The notes below the pieces were generated by a model. It did not search any database and was not told the origin of the DNA. It saw only the letters and a program-made list of their open reading frames with translations. This document shows positions 38,801-51,828 of a DNA stretch of 64,000 bases, in pieces (positions within the stretch are counted from its first letter, which is position 1; each line of letters starts with the position of its first letter). The stretch is from Oculina patagonica. Lineage: Eukaryota. Position numbers and translations under genes: made by a program. The stretch is taken from contig NC_135758.1 of NCBI RefSeq assembly GCF_052425735.1, positions 24,304,001 through 24,368,000 of the forward strand, in the 5' to 3' direction.

Positions 38801-41800
38801 ATTTGACAGCTCGGCAAGTGTCGGAGATACGAACTTTAAAAAAGGAATTGCTTTCGCCAAAACGATAATCGACGAGTTTGGAATATCCAACTCTTCAACA
38901 GGGACGAGAGTTGCTGTTGTTACGTTCAGCTCGACAGCCAAAGTTATTTTTAACCTGAAAACTAACGCTATGCCCAGCAAAAAGGAAGCCATTGCAACTC
39001 TTGGTAAGTCAACTCGATAACACATTATCTCGATTCTGTTCAAGCCTAGGTTAAAGTGGAAATCCTGCATGAGACGAATGTCTTTGTGAGAAACGAACAG
39101 ATTCCCTTTGAGTTTTGGGGTACAAATATCCTTTGTAGTATCCTTTCTACAAATTAAAGACGCCCACATCTATTTAAAACTGGCAGTTGGTGATGGTCCC
39201 AGGTGTGTCCCGCACAACAATACGAACTGCATAAACTAGGTCACTTCTCTCCATCGTATTGGTAGCTTCGAATTTTTTTTTAACTCTTTAGAAAACTTGA
39301 ACTTCATCGCTGGAGGCACTGCTACACGCCTTGCACTGAACAAGACTATTGAAGAAATTGTGCCTGAGACCCGCAAGCGCAGCAAGAAAGCGCTGTTCCT
39401 CATCACAGACGGTAGATCCAATATCGGTGGTGATCCCACTTCTGATGCCATGATACTGCGTGACAGTTGTGATTTCGAAATCTATGCCATTGGCGTGACA
39501 GACAGCGTGGATGAGCAGGAACTGCGAAGCATTGCTTCCGAACCCTTCCGAACGCATGTCTTTCTTCTTAAAAACTTTGAAGATTTGACTAAGCTTAAAG
39601 AGATGATCACTGCAAAAGGAGTTGGTGAGTTTGTTTAACCGTTGCTGAACATGTTTTTTTCGTGCTCATGGGTGCGTATCCATTAATTTTTATTAATGTT
39701 AACAAAACTCGTGGTGCCACTTAAGTTTTGACCACTTTGTGACACTATTAAAAAATAATTAAAAACTGGGCGAAAAACCCATTTTTTCTACAAAACATAG
39801 CCAAGTTGACTAGACGAGGACGAGCAGTCTTATTGTCTAGGTTAACTTTACGTACTAGTCCTAAACCTATAATTGTTAAGCCATAAACAAACAATCATGT
39901 TTCCTTTCACTGAGGCTATGTTTACACGGGACCGGTCCGGAACGGATCCGGTGATTTTCGGACCGGATAGGCCTTCTGTTTACACGGGACCGTTCTGGAA
40001 CCGGTCCGAAACGGATCCAAAGCTGGACCTGCTATTAACACCTGGATCGGTTCCAAATTGGTCCATGTAAACAGGTCCGGTTCGGTTCGGAACGGTTCCG
40101 GACCGGTCCCGTGTAAACGTAGCCTGAATGCCCGGGCGATCCTGTTCTATCAACGAAATGAGCAATAATGAGGGAACCAATCAGACTCGTTATTTGCAAG
40201 AGTCCACGAAGAGTGTCTAGAAAAAGAATCTGTAGCGCTACACTACAAAACATGTTAATCGTATAGGTTGTCCTCTAGTGTAGCAGTTGCTATTGTTTTT
40301 GCGGCTAGGGGCATTGCTTCCGTTGTTTGTTTTATTGTTCCCTCGAAGGGTAGCGAGCCATTCACGTGAGACCTCGCGAGAACTTCTACTCGACCCAAAA
40401 GAGTGTAGACCATTGAAAAATGTGGACCGTTTGCTTAGTTCGGTTTTATTTTACTACGTCAAGGTTTCTCTTCTCGGGCTTTGGAACAACAACGTTTTAC
40501 TACATGGCAGAAAGCATATTTTTTTTTTCATTTGGAAATATCCTACTTATGATTTCAATGTAACCCTTTAATCCTTTGATTTTCATTTCTTTTGCCTATT
40601 TTAAGATTACAGTGAATGTGGTGTCGCTGGAGATACTCAGCTAAGAAATGAAGCGGAAAAGAACTTCCGTATAGTAGGTGGTAGAGAGGCTAAACCAGGT
40701 GCTTGGCCTTGGCAGGCGGCTGTCTTCGTGAAAAGCAACTTCCGGTGTGGTGGTGCGCTTATTAAAGAGAACTGGGTTGTAACTGTGGCTCATTGCTTTT
40801 ATTATGACGGAAAGGTGGAAGCAAAAGACGTGACGGTTGTATTGGGTAAGCAAAGACCATTTCTACTTTATGGTATCTCACAGTAACATTTTGGGTTCGC
40901 GTAATGTCAGAGTGTTCAAGTTCAAGTTGACTTGGTTACCGTAAAAACAAAATAATTTTGGCTTACGTCTCAAATCGGAACAAATTTGTCCCTATGCAGT
41001 TGAAGCGCGCGTTATGGAAACCGGATTAACACAGACACCTCTCTTATGCATACACTAGTACTCTTTGTGTTATTTAACGGCTTTTGACTGTATAGTACGA
41101 TACTTTGTAATTTCAACGTTACAGATATCCCGGAAGAATGCAGGACTATTTCACACATGAACCTAGAAAAGGCCTAGCTAGCGACGATTCTCCAGATTCT
41201 CCCTTGAGTTCAGTGGTGTTAGAACACCTGACAGGTGTGCTTGCCTTTCCTTAGGAGCTCAGTGGTCTTTCCTTTGTAGGTCAACACTCGTGCCCGTGAA
41301 GTAAATACAGTTTATTCATTATCATTAAGGATGAAATTCGAGAAAATCCGACTCAGATGGTAGTTACTTTCGCCTTCGAAATAATGAGAAATGACTTCGG
41401 GAGATATTAATGACGCTAGCGATTGTCAGCAATGATATGTAAACTGCCATCCTTGTTTGAATCGTCAATGTAACTTAACAACGTTAACTTAACTTCCAAC
41501 AGTGCTACATCATCATTAACGACTTGTGACGCGTACCTTTTGTTAGGTGAGCATGAGCGATTTGAAGAAGAGGGAACTGAGCAGAATATACGAGCCAAAA
41601 AACTCATCTTACATCCAAATGCAAGCTTGGCGAATCTAGGAGACGACTTGGCCCTTATTCGCTTGGAGCATGCAGTGAAGTTCTCGCCTTTTGTCAGAAC
41701 AGTGTGTCTGCCTCTACCGACTGATGTGTTCTACGTTAGACCAGGGAAGTCCTGCGTGATAGCAGGTTGGGGGTCTTCTCGAAGGGTAAGTGCCTTGCAT

Positions 41801-43203
41801 CTCTTGGATTACGATCGTAAAGACTTCATGAGCCAAATCCCATGCACACCAGAACACGCCGAGACATCCTAGATCACCCAGCCTAACCCTAAACTAAACT
41901 TGTTTTAAGGTGTTCCAGAAACTCTTTCAGTTCCGGCATGTATTTTGTTCTTTGTTTCTCGTTGCACCTGCCCCGCGAATGCAAGATTGCTACAAGTTAT
42001 TGTTAACTTAGTGTTTGAACTGCGTCATCATATCTCCTGTACCGTGGAGAGTCGAGAGAGGAATGGATCGAGTTATCTACATTCCAATACGATCCAAAAT
42101 GGAGCCAAAGTATAACTCAAAATAACTGAAAAGACTAAAACGAATACCAACCAACCCTTAAGCACTCTGCTGTGATAGAGAACTAAAGTAAAGGGCATCC
42201 AAGCTGGATGATTCTCCTTATGACTCGCTGTATGATACAGAAGTTAAAAGAATATTATTTTCTTTTGTGTGATTTTTTCCCAGGTTTCTCCTGATGATTT
42301 GGCAGGACCTCCAAACGCCGTGCTTCAGCAGATTCAAATCAAGTTCGTGTCCCACAAGAATTGCCGCGAAAACGCCACGAATGCTGAAGTAATAACAGAC
42401 AAAGTTGTCTGCGCTGGGGACTCTAGAGGGGAGAAGGATGCCTGCAAAGGCGACAGCGGTTCCCCCCTTGTGGTAGGTTAAAATTAATGTAGCTGTAAAG
42501 TTGATTACAGCTCATGAGGTGACAAACGTTAACGGTAACCAGCAAAATCTAGCTTCTGTCACATTCTCGGCCACTGTTTGCCCTCGTCCATCACGCATGG
42601 AGGAAGTCTGGCTAAGAGATTATCGAGGAAATGTAATTTTAATTACAAAAAGTTTTGGCCATGAGAGATTAGCACTACTGGAATAGCAAACGATTTTATA
42701 AGCCCTCTTTTCACTTCTTGGAGAGGTTTGTGAAACTCTATCAGTTTAAATTAAGTCAAACTACGTTTATAACACGCAGATGATGTCTAATAATCCAGAA
42801 TCCGTCCAGAATCTTAAGGTCAAACAGATGTATTCAAGTAGAAATCCCACTAATATCTAACACCTTTCAAGATCACGCCGCTACCCTATTTAACAAACTT
42901 CCAACGAACCTTAAAAACACTGTGGACCATGATGCATTTTGCAGGGAGGCAAAGCGCTTCCTTTTGAAGAAAACTAAATTAACAGATTGATCTCCTGTAG
43001 CTTTTTATTTTTATTTTTCTCTTAGATGTATATAGTATAGTATTTTTTTAAACGCATAAATGTATATAGTACAATATAGCATAGTAGTATACAGTAATTT
43101 AATGATTATAGAGTTTTAATTGTAAATATCATTTTATTTGTTAGGTTAGGTTAGTTTAATTGGTAAATGTAGAGCTACTATGTAGAAATGTTACCAATAA
43201 AGC

Positions 43204-43276
<73 letters not shown>

Positions 43277-43577
43277 ACTTTGAGCTCTCAGCTCTTTTGA
43301 TTGAACACCAGCTGATAATAGTGGATAAGGGTGAAAATCTCCTCGTCTATCTCTCATCCTTTGTCCACCCTTGTAATATTTTTATCCGGTATTTTCTTTT
43401 CATTAGGTCAGGCGTTCTGCGGATGATAGCTGGGCCGTGGTTGGTTTATCGAGCTGGGGAGAAGGATGTGCGACACAAGGAAAATACGGTGTATACACAC
43501 AACTGAAAAATTACATGCGCTGGATTAAACGAAGAATCAACCCAAGGAAGAAAGATAAAAACAAGAACAAGGATTAA
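35879..43577 (+). CDS. CFB: Complement factor B/C2-like serine protease (signal peptide, 2 EGF, 3 CCP/sushi, vWA, trypsin domain), 798 aa. Exons 35879-35951, 36656-37075, 37673-37867, 38300-38497, 38665-39003, 39292-39624, 40606-40845, 41547-41785, 42284-42472, 43407-43577
   Basis: Signal peptide [24 protein letters not shown]; EGF Cys patterns; three sushi modules; vWA MIDAS (DSSAS...GGTAT...ITDG); protease motifs [13 protein letters not shown] and [10 protein letters not shown]. All introns are GT-AG and phase-compatible; spliced length is 2397 nt. Confidence 0.9.
39914..40124. mobile_element. PIF/Harbinger-type MITE in a factor B intron
   Basis: TIR GGCTATGTTTACACGGGACCGGTCCGGAAC / GTTCCGGACCGGTCCCGTGTAAACGTAGCC, a 3-bp TGA target duplication on both sides, and internal copies of the TIR motif. 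Confidence 0.9.
42795..43273 (+). mobile_element. 5'-truncated LINE (CR1/L2-like clade) 3' end with an (ATT)n tail
   Basis: Translates to [52 protein letters not shown], matching the F..A..L[WF]N.LP..[IL]K....F C-terminus of LINE ORF2. It is followed by an AT-rich UTR, AATAAA and (ATT)~23 at 43205-43273. Confidence 0.75.
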
Positions 43578-44175
43578 GGAGTAGTACGGCTCAGATATTT
43601 CGTTTCAATCTTCGTGTTGTAGAATTTTGTTCATTGTAGATGTAAGGAAAAGAGTCTGAGATAAACCCTTAATTCCCACCGAGTAAAGTTAATGTATTTC
43701 TATATGGGAATTAATTTGGAAAATGACTGTTTCGCGCAGAGGAGTATATTCGTCTTTCCATTAGGTATGTCAATTTTTTCCACAGGCCTCTACCGTGAAT
43801 CGCTTCGATTACGTCACCTGCCCCACGTGAACCGAAACGAATTAACCACGCGCCTGGTAAAGAGGACTAGGAACTAGGCAAGATTCACAGGACGTCGATT
43901 AAAACGACGTTGTTCCCACTTTGTCTTTGATTAAACTATTACACCATAGAGGAAACAGGAAGGCATCTGTTTAGGCTATGCAACCACTTTGTTGCGAGTG
44001 TGAAAGCTATTTTGTACACAGCAGTATTGCAATATATTTTAAAGTGTTAAATTAAATTAAAGGAAATGCAGAAAAGTGTTCCTTGTCTTGAATGACTTAT
44101 TAAATTCAACCCCTCAGCTTTACTAGTAAGTTGAGCATATATTGGAAGCCAGCTATCTCGGACCCTTTAATTGTA

Positions 44176-44343
44176 AGGTAAATGTAGGTTAAGTCTGCAT
44201 ACGAGCCTAGTAGCCTGTCAGGCTGGAGCTTATCCCGATTTCCGTAGCATGAAGCAACTAGGAGTATTTCTACTCCCCCTGGATGGGATGCTAGTCCATC
44301 GCAGGGTTATTCTCCAGCATAAAAATCACCGGTACCCATTTAC
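44176..44343 (-). mobile_element. SINE 3' half (second copy at ~52427-52594; more degenerate relative at ~62700-62815)
   Basis: The minus strand reads ...GGTACC...AACCCTGCGATGGACTAGCATCCCATCCAGGGGGAGTAGAAATACTCCTAG...TGCAGACTTAACCT, a core I recall from metazoan tRNA-derived SINEs. Confidence 0.65.
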
Positions 44344-45888
44344 AGCGTAGAATTCCGAAAAGTTGCCTTTTTGCGAAATAACTTCACATCACTCTTTGGT
44401 AATAAGTTTCTTTTATATGTTTTTTTCCATGAGACATACCCTTTTTAAATGAAAAGACATTTTTTATTCATATTTCATTCGTAATTGTTTCTTCAGGACT
44501 CCCATAAATGTTAAGCGTAAATTGCCTAAAGAGGTAATCAATTACCAGTACCAACACGATAAACATCAAGTACAGTCAAGAATCTACACTCAAATTGCAA
44601 TGAAACGTGTGTCCAAGTTTACAAAACAATCAAGAATGTCTTCATAACCCCAGACGTTTTGCAGTTTTGGTTGATTTAGAGTTAACTCTTGTTCCAGTGT
44701 ACTGGTGTTTCGCTCTCTGTACTCTATCCGCGCTTTTGTAACTAGTACACACGTGTACTAGATTCCAGAACGGATGGAGATTTGACTTTTGTTAGTACCC
44801 TGCCGAAAAAAAGAAGTAAAATTAGTAAAGAAACTCTGAGTAACGCAATTGCCATTTCATGCATTGTTCGTATATTCCTGTGATGCATTTCTAGAGTAAA
44901 AATTAAACATGCAAGTGTTGGGGTGGGTACGGCTAAACGTAGGCTCGTGATTAGACTATCTTCTGTTCAATTAACGGAATTTCAGTTTGAATTCGTCCAA
45001 AACTAAATGCAACACGTTTTGACTGGCTAAATAATGAACTCATAAGAGTATTTTTTTTACTTTTAAAACAACATTTACAATGAGTGCTAATTATATAAAT
45101 AGCCAAAACTAAGCAAACTAAGCAACAAAATATAATGGCCCAAATGTTGTAGTAACTATTCCATACATGGGTAAGTAAAAACCACTCTTAAGTAAATCCC
45201 TACACCTCCTTTTAAATAGCTGGTAATCTTTGATTCAAAAGTTTACCTTATAAGCTTCCAATGCTTCCATAGTCATAAGCCGGGCTTACAGGACACTTTA
45301 TCCAAGTCTCAAATCCTTTTGATCTTCGAAAGGAAGACTATATCAGTCGGTATACATAAGTTTTAACGGGTTAATTATATGATGTTCAGGCAGTTTCACC
45401 AAGAAATTATTTCACGTAAACAATTAACAATAACAACAGTCGATCGTTACATGCATCATTTTAGCTATAATCTAGTTTTTCCTTTCCTCGACGTCCACAC
45501 ATCATAGCCGACTGGAAAAGTGTGAGGACATGTCGACAGACTGGATTTGCATCATCTTCTATTTACAGCAACAAAATATGTTTTTATAATTCTTTTTCAT
45601 TAAGGGTCAAAAATGCCTCAGTGCCTGCACTGTTTCTGCATTGCTTTTTGATTGGCTCATAACTGAAAGTCGTGTAAGACATGCTCCAACCACTCAGAGC
45701 GAAGCTAGATGTGCACGTGACTATTCCTGCGTGGAGTTACGTTGCTCATTCGCGGAGTCACGTTGTTCACTGTGTATCCACAGTGGCCTGTTTTAAAAAC
45801 AACTATGGTTCTATTGAGAAAGGATTTAAAAAGTGAGGGTTCCATATTCCTAAATAATTATAAAACAGAATTTCAGCAGCCAAAAAAC

Positions 45889-48829
45889 TTACTTTCCACT
45901 TGAGTCGTTGAACTTCTTACATATCATTCTACAATCTTGGATGTCTTGTCTCACATGTTCTAACAGCGCTTCGTGCTGTCTGTTTAGTTTCTGAAAGAAG
46001 GTTAATCTCTTTTTTATTCTGTTTGTCGTGTCTTCGTTGATGCAGTTTCTGAATGCGTCAAGTCTGAGTTTTTCTTTCTCTATTAACAAGTCTTGTTGTT
46101 TCTGTGCCTCGCGGAACTGGCTGAGTAAGCCCAGAATCTTTTCACGACATTCGGTTCCTTCGTCGCCGTTTTTTGCCACCTTCTGCCAGTTATGCACCTC
46201 CGTTCGGACTTGTACCTGCAAAAATCGCAAAATATCGATTTGTAGTTGGAGGTCACAAGATAGGAAACACTTCTTTGATGAGACTGAATTGCTCTTACAA
46301 GAGGACAACTTACGTTATAAACAGTAAGATCACAATCAAAAGAGCACTAAGGTCTTCGCAGTTATACCAGGCAGTTAAAATGAAAACCTAAAGTGAAAAA
46401 ATAATAAGCTCGAACAAGATTCAAACCGATGTCCTTTGTTATCTTCGTAATAAACGCGTTAGCACTTTACTATGAACCCACTGCGACCTGATCAGAACAC
46501 ATGATGACAGCCTTTAGGCGTGGTACAGAATGCATCTTGAATTTATTTTAATAAAGAAGTTCTTTCATTATATATAGAGTGGTGACAGTATAAATGGATA
46601 ATTTACCAAGGTACGCAAGCGCATTTCGAAGAACACCCGTCTACATGTACTATGTGTGGCGAATTTATAAAAAAAGCTCGTTAATTCTTCAACGCAATCA
46701 TCTTGAAAAAACCCCGTTTACTATCAGAAATTCTGAATTTGACGAGGCAAGCCAGGCTGCTTCGACGAACATTATGTCCGTTTATTTTTGGCCCGGGGAG
46801 GAGGAGGGAGGTGCGTGCATACTGTTTTATTCTACACACGTACTATTTATTATTAAGAAATTGCAATTACCTGAATTATTTTCTTCTGTTCTTGGTAATG
46901 CTGACAAAGCTTGGTGAAGTGTTCAAACTTGTAGTCGGGAGGAGATTGCACAGTGTTGACTAGCTATTATACATATAAAAACATAATGACAATTAGATTG
47001 TTCTTACAATAGGTAATTAACGCAACTCGCAGAAATGCAAGCAAGGTGCCAGACAGAGGGTATCGCGTCCAGACTTCCCTCAAAATAAGCAAAATTGAAT
47101 TAGTTAGGACTATTTGTGCATGGAAGAGAGTTGGTACAGATACTAATAAGGTTCTTTATGCGCATAATTAAAAGTCAGTTATTTGAAAGGAAGAACCAGT
47201 AACTAGATATGCGACTGATCTACACGACCCGCGGCTAATTAAGGTTGTACCGTAAATTGGTCTCTAGCTGTGGTAAACAGAGCATCATAAAAAAACTGTA
47301 AAGGATTTTTTCACCCAGAAGCTATCAAGTGCTAGTTATAAATTGTGCGTGCGGCCAAATCGATTTCGGAGGGAGAAAAACCAGAGTACACGGAGAAACA
47401 CCCTCGAAGCAGAGACGGAGAGCCAACCATCTTTACAAAAAAACAGGCTCAGATTTTTTTTGGATTTTTTTTCTTAAGCTTAGTGATTCGAAGAGTGATA
47501 GTGTTATAGGATGGAAAAAGACTTACCTATGTCACGGTTATATCAAATTAACAATAACAAAGACATACAGACATTGACATTACGATACACTTGTGAATGA
47601 GACCTGTCCTCACAACACTGATGGTAGCTGTCTTCTAGTTGTCTTGTCATTGGTCAGTTAGTCAGACACAGAATGACTACACAAACATAGCTGCAATGCA
47701 CAACTCAAAACAAACATTTAAAAGTAACAAACAAAACAAACACGTAAATGTACAAGTAAGTAGCCTTAACATAGTTTTATGCCACAGAGACATTTCGTTC
47801 ATCCTTACATGAACAAGATGCTAACGCGAAGTGCAAAGCAATAAGGCTTAGTATCTTTAATTAAAGACAAGATATGCCAGTCAAATTCGTTTATAGCCAG
47901 GCATGGTTAAATGGATTAAAAGGGGTCAACACTGGCTTAAAAAGGACGTTTTGTTGTTATAGTTCTCGTGTTGAATTCAAAAACCCTTATTTTTATAGAG
48001 CATTCATTATCACATTTATTGTATGTATTTTTAATTCGTTTGTTTCTTATAACACCAAAGATGCCGTTAATCATTTACTTTTTTGGCTGAAGAGGGTAAT
48101 AGCAGTAACTGAAACGTCCTTACATAGTTTTTTAAAGCCAGTGTCAATCGTTTTTAATCCATATGTCAATCAGCTTATTCTGAGAAATGTAAATCTTTTC
48201 ATGGGATAAGTTTGCAACATTCAATTTGGACTCTCAGTAATATGCACAATACAAGAGTATAAAATTTGTCTTATATTGAGTTTAAAAATCCAATTTGTAA
48301 GTAAAGTTTGTAATTTTACATAAGGGTGTTGCTCTTCTGCATGGAAGATACGTATTTATTTCAATTATCCCTGCAAGTGTCAGAATAAAACGGTTTTGGT
48401 TTCATTCCAAACATTTACGAAACAGACTCTATGCGTATTGCCAAAAAACTTGAAACTGTCCTTGAGAAACAGATCTTTAAATAAAGAATAAGTCTGAAAA
48501 TCACATTTGCAGCCCGACAGGTCCGACAAGAACTCTTGCAGACCCGAGAAAATGTGTTGATGACAATATTTAAAATGCTCGACAGGTAAATACTAAGCTG
48601 ATTGCGAAGAACATTGGGCAGACCTACTGTGCAAGATGCGGGACAGACAAGCCGTAATGCATACAATAAGAAAGAAATTGAAACAAGAATGGTAATATGA
48701 TAAATTTAGTTGGTAAAATAAACAGAATTTGAGAAAAAAACAGTCACCAACCGTATTGTTGTTTTGTTTTACTGGTGGCAGTGCAGGTGGCTTATTGGCC
48801 AAGCCCATCGAGCTCATTGTAGTTCCCAT
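45889..48829 (-). CDS. Uncharacterised ~165-aa helical protein with an N-myristoylation motif (family member A, copy 1). Coding exons 48829-48752, 46963-46871, 46215-45889
   Basis: Translates as MGTTMSSMGLANKPPALPPVKQNNNT | LVNTVQSPPDYKFEHFTKLCQHYQEQKKIIQ | VQVRTEVHNW...DSSGK*. All introns are phase-0 GT-AG. The exons are conserved in the second copy while the flanking introns diverge, and the protein is homologous to the one encoded at 63158-63745. Confidence 0.7.
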
Positions 48830-51032
48830 GGCAACCTGCCAAGGGCTTGGTTTTAGGAAAGTGTTTTTCTCCAAATTTTTTCCTGAAATTATAAAAATAA
48901 AAATATAATGATTTTAAAGAAAAAGAATTTAAAAGTAATTCTTAGCACTATTTTACAGCTTAAAATAAGTTCTTTTAGTGTGTGAAACTGGTCCGGCTAT
49001 ATAATCTGCATGTCGAAAAACATGTCAAGCTTCAAAAGCGATACCTGTTTTAAAATTAACAGTCGGGCGCTGTTCCAGAATAGTTTTCTGTTAGCTTAGC
49101 TTGAATTTAGCTAATTCAAAGCAATTTGCTTCAACGAAGAGCTTTCCTTTGCAACAGTTCGCGCGAGCATTGTTCAAATTAATTATAATTTCATGCATCG
49201 AAAAGAGAACAAAAATAACAACAATACAGCTATATATAATAACAGGTCCAATACAGTTACATATTCCCTGCAGAGGTTTTCGCTGAATATTCAAGTTTTT
49301 CTACATGCCTAAAGCATAACAGGGACCACTAAGGGCTCGGATGTAACAACGTTAGAATAAAAAATGTATCAAATGAGACAATTGCAAAACGATTTCGGTA
49401 TTGAGTTGAATTATTACAAAGGCTTTGTTGCTTTAAATACTCCTAGAATCACGAGCTTAATTCGAAAAAAATAAATTGTAAAGGAGACAACCTTACATTT
49501 TTAGAGTAGCATATGCTTACCTGGGAAAGTCAGTGCACAATGTAGTTATTCGGATATACCTCTTGCTAATCGCCACTTGTTAACAAAAACCTCACGATGT
49601 GCACGTTTTACGTTGCACGACGGGCTGAGTGCAGGTGTACTGCAAAAGCTTTTCTCTTTCCCAGTTAAATCTGCTGGGAGTAAGCGCTTGTTTGCCAGTT
49701 GATTTCTGTTGATAAACTGTTTTGCTGAAAGGTTTGGGAATTGTGTAGACGCACTAACGCAGACTGATGATGTGAAGTCATCGCGTCAAAAACGTGCGGC
49801 ATCGACTGCAAGGTTAACACGCCCTGCAATATCAGACCTATGACACCACATGGGCAAAAGTGAATTGTGTTGTTTTTCTACCAGGAATTTATTGAAAATG
49901 GGCGAGCCCGTGTCAGCGGTATCACGAATTAAGGCGCGGCTTTTTGGCAACCAGCCGGTTTACAAGTAAAAGGGTTCCTTTACCGGATGAAAACTACACA
50001 AGCAAACTGCTTTTAACTGTTTAAGTTGATTCAAGAAAGTGTAAACACCTACGCGACTTTGATAATCTAATAGCGATTAATAAAGTACTAGTTGTTTTGA
50101 ATTAACCAAGAATACTAAATAAAAAGCCTAAAGATGCATCTGGACAGGGTTAGTCTCGATCCGAAGTATAATTTCACAAATATCAGTGCATGCATCGGCC
50201 ATTTTTCGCTGGTATTTGTGAGTATTTTACTTCAGATTGAGACTACCTTTGATGCTTCTTAAGTGTTTTTTTCAGCGGTCTTGGTTACTTTGAATCATTA
50301 AGGACAGCAAAGTTCTGTTATTTAATTTTTTAAAAAACCATTTTGTAATTATTGTTTTAAATTAACAATTTTTTATGTTTACCCAGGCCTCCACTAGACA
50401 CCAGCCTATGGCTTTGCCCTGAATGTGCCACCTTGCTTGCTCCTTATGTCACATTCAATTTTATAAAAGTCACTTTCCTGACGTGCAAAATTCAGATTTT
50501 CAACATTGAAGAAAACTTCAAAATAACAGTTTTCCAATATAGAAAAACACCGAAAAGAATTAATAAAAAAAGAAAATGAACAAGGACGATTACTTTGAAA
50601 GGAAGCCGGATTAAGACGGAAAACCAAACAACAACCTTGAAAAAAAAATTGGCCAATTTTTTCCAAGATTCGCCGGCTTTCCAGTCGTCAGTCCTGTCCC
50701 GAGTATTAAAATACTCGGGTAGGTACACTGGTGAAATAGGCCTTAAAGGCTCTCCTCGAATTTTGAAAATAACATTTGCGAATTTGGTCACCCGTAGAAT
50801 ATGTCATAAAGGCGTAGAGAAACAGGTAAAATTTAAAAGTTGGTTTAGGGAATACGCACAAGTGTAAGCTTAAACACAAGCATGAGTATAAGCCACAATT
50901 TGACAATGTAGAGGAGCACTCGACGCTTTGATAATTTCGTGGTAACCTTCCTTCTGGATCCGACCGAAGAAAGGGGTGCGTGTACTAGACGTCACTCAAA
51001 GTGTAGAACAGACAGCTTAAATTGCAAGGCTA

Positions 51033-51532
51033 NNNNNNNNNNNNNNNNNNNNNNNNNNNNNNNNNNNNNNNNNNNNNNNNNNNNNNNNNNNNNNNNNNNN
51101 NNNNNNNNNNNNNNNNNNNNNNNNNNNNNNNNNNNNNNNNNNNNNNNNNNNNNNNNNNNNNNNNNNNNNNNNNNNNNNNNNNNNNNNNNNNNNNNNNNNN
51201 NNNNNNNNNNNNNNNNNNNNNNNNNNNNNNNNNNNNNNNNNNNNNNNNNNNNNNNNNNNNNNNNNNNNNNNNNNNNNNNNNNNNNNNNNNNNNNNNNNNN
51301 NNNNNNNNNNNNNNNNNNNNNNNNNNNNNNNNNNNNNNNNNNNNNNNNNNNNNNNNNNNNNNNNNNNNNNNNNNNNNNNNNNNNNNNNNNNNNNNNNNNN
51401 NNNNNNNNNNNNNNNNNNNNNNNNNNNNNNNNNNNNNNNNNNNNNNNNNNNNNNNNNNNNNNNNNNNNNNNNNNNNNNNNNNNNNNNNNNNNNNNNNNNN
51501 NNNNNNNNNNNNNNNNNNNNNNNNNNNNNNNN
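51033..51532. other. Scaffold gap (500 N)
   Basis: Run of exactly 500 N, consistent with a fixed-size scaffolding spacer. Confidence 0.98.
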
Positions 51533-51657
51533 GAGCTCTCAGCCCTTTTGATTGAACACCAGCTGATGATAGTGGATAAGGGTGAAAATCTCTTCGTCTA
51601 TCTCTCACCCTTTGTCCACCCTTGTAATCTTTTTATCCGGTATTTTCTTTTCATTAG

Positions 51658-51828
51658 GTCAGGCGTTCTGCGGATGATAGCTGGGCCGTGGTTGGTTTAT
51701 CGAGCTGGGGAGAAGGATGTGCGACACAAGGAAAATACGGTGTATACACACAACTGAAAAATTACATGCGCTGGATTAAACGAAGAATCAACCCAAGGAA
51801 GAAAGATAAAAACAAGAACAAGGATTAA
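51658..51828 (+). other. Duplicate of the last factor B exon (orphan; probably the other haplotype)
   Basis: Matches 43407-43577 ([21 protein letters not shown]...KNKD*). No upstream exons are present after the gap. Confidence 0.85.

Larger units (their letters stand above)
43282..51032. repeat. Copy 1 of a ~7.8-kb segmental duplicate (probable haplotig)
   Basis: Begins GAGCTCTCAG and ends TGCAAGGCTA at the gap. Collinear with 51533-59349. Confidence 0.95.

Noticed and set aside
47526-47690. Possible extra minus-strand exon of member A (strong AG|GTAAGT donor, HQCCED peptide)
   Set aside because: Stops occur in all frames between the acceptor and donor; at most a non-coding or alternative 5' exon.
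50939-51757. ORFs spanning X residues
   Set aside because: Artefacts of translating through the N gap.
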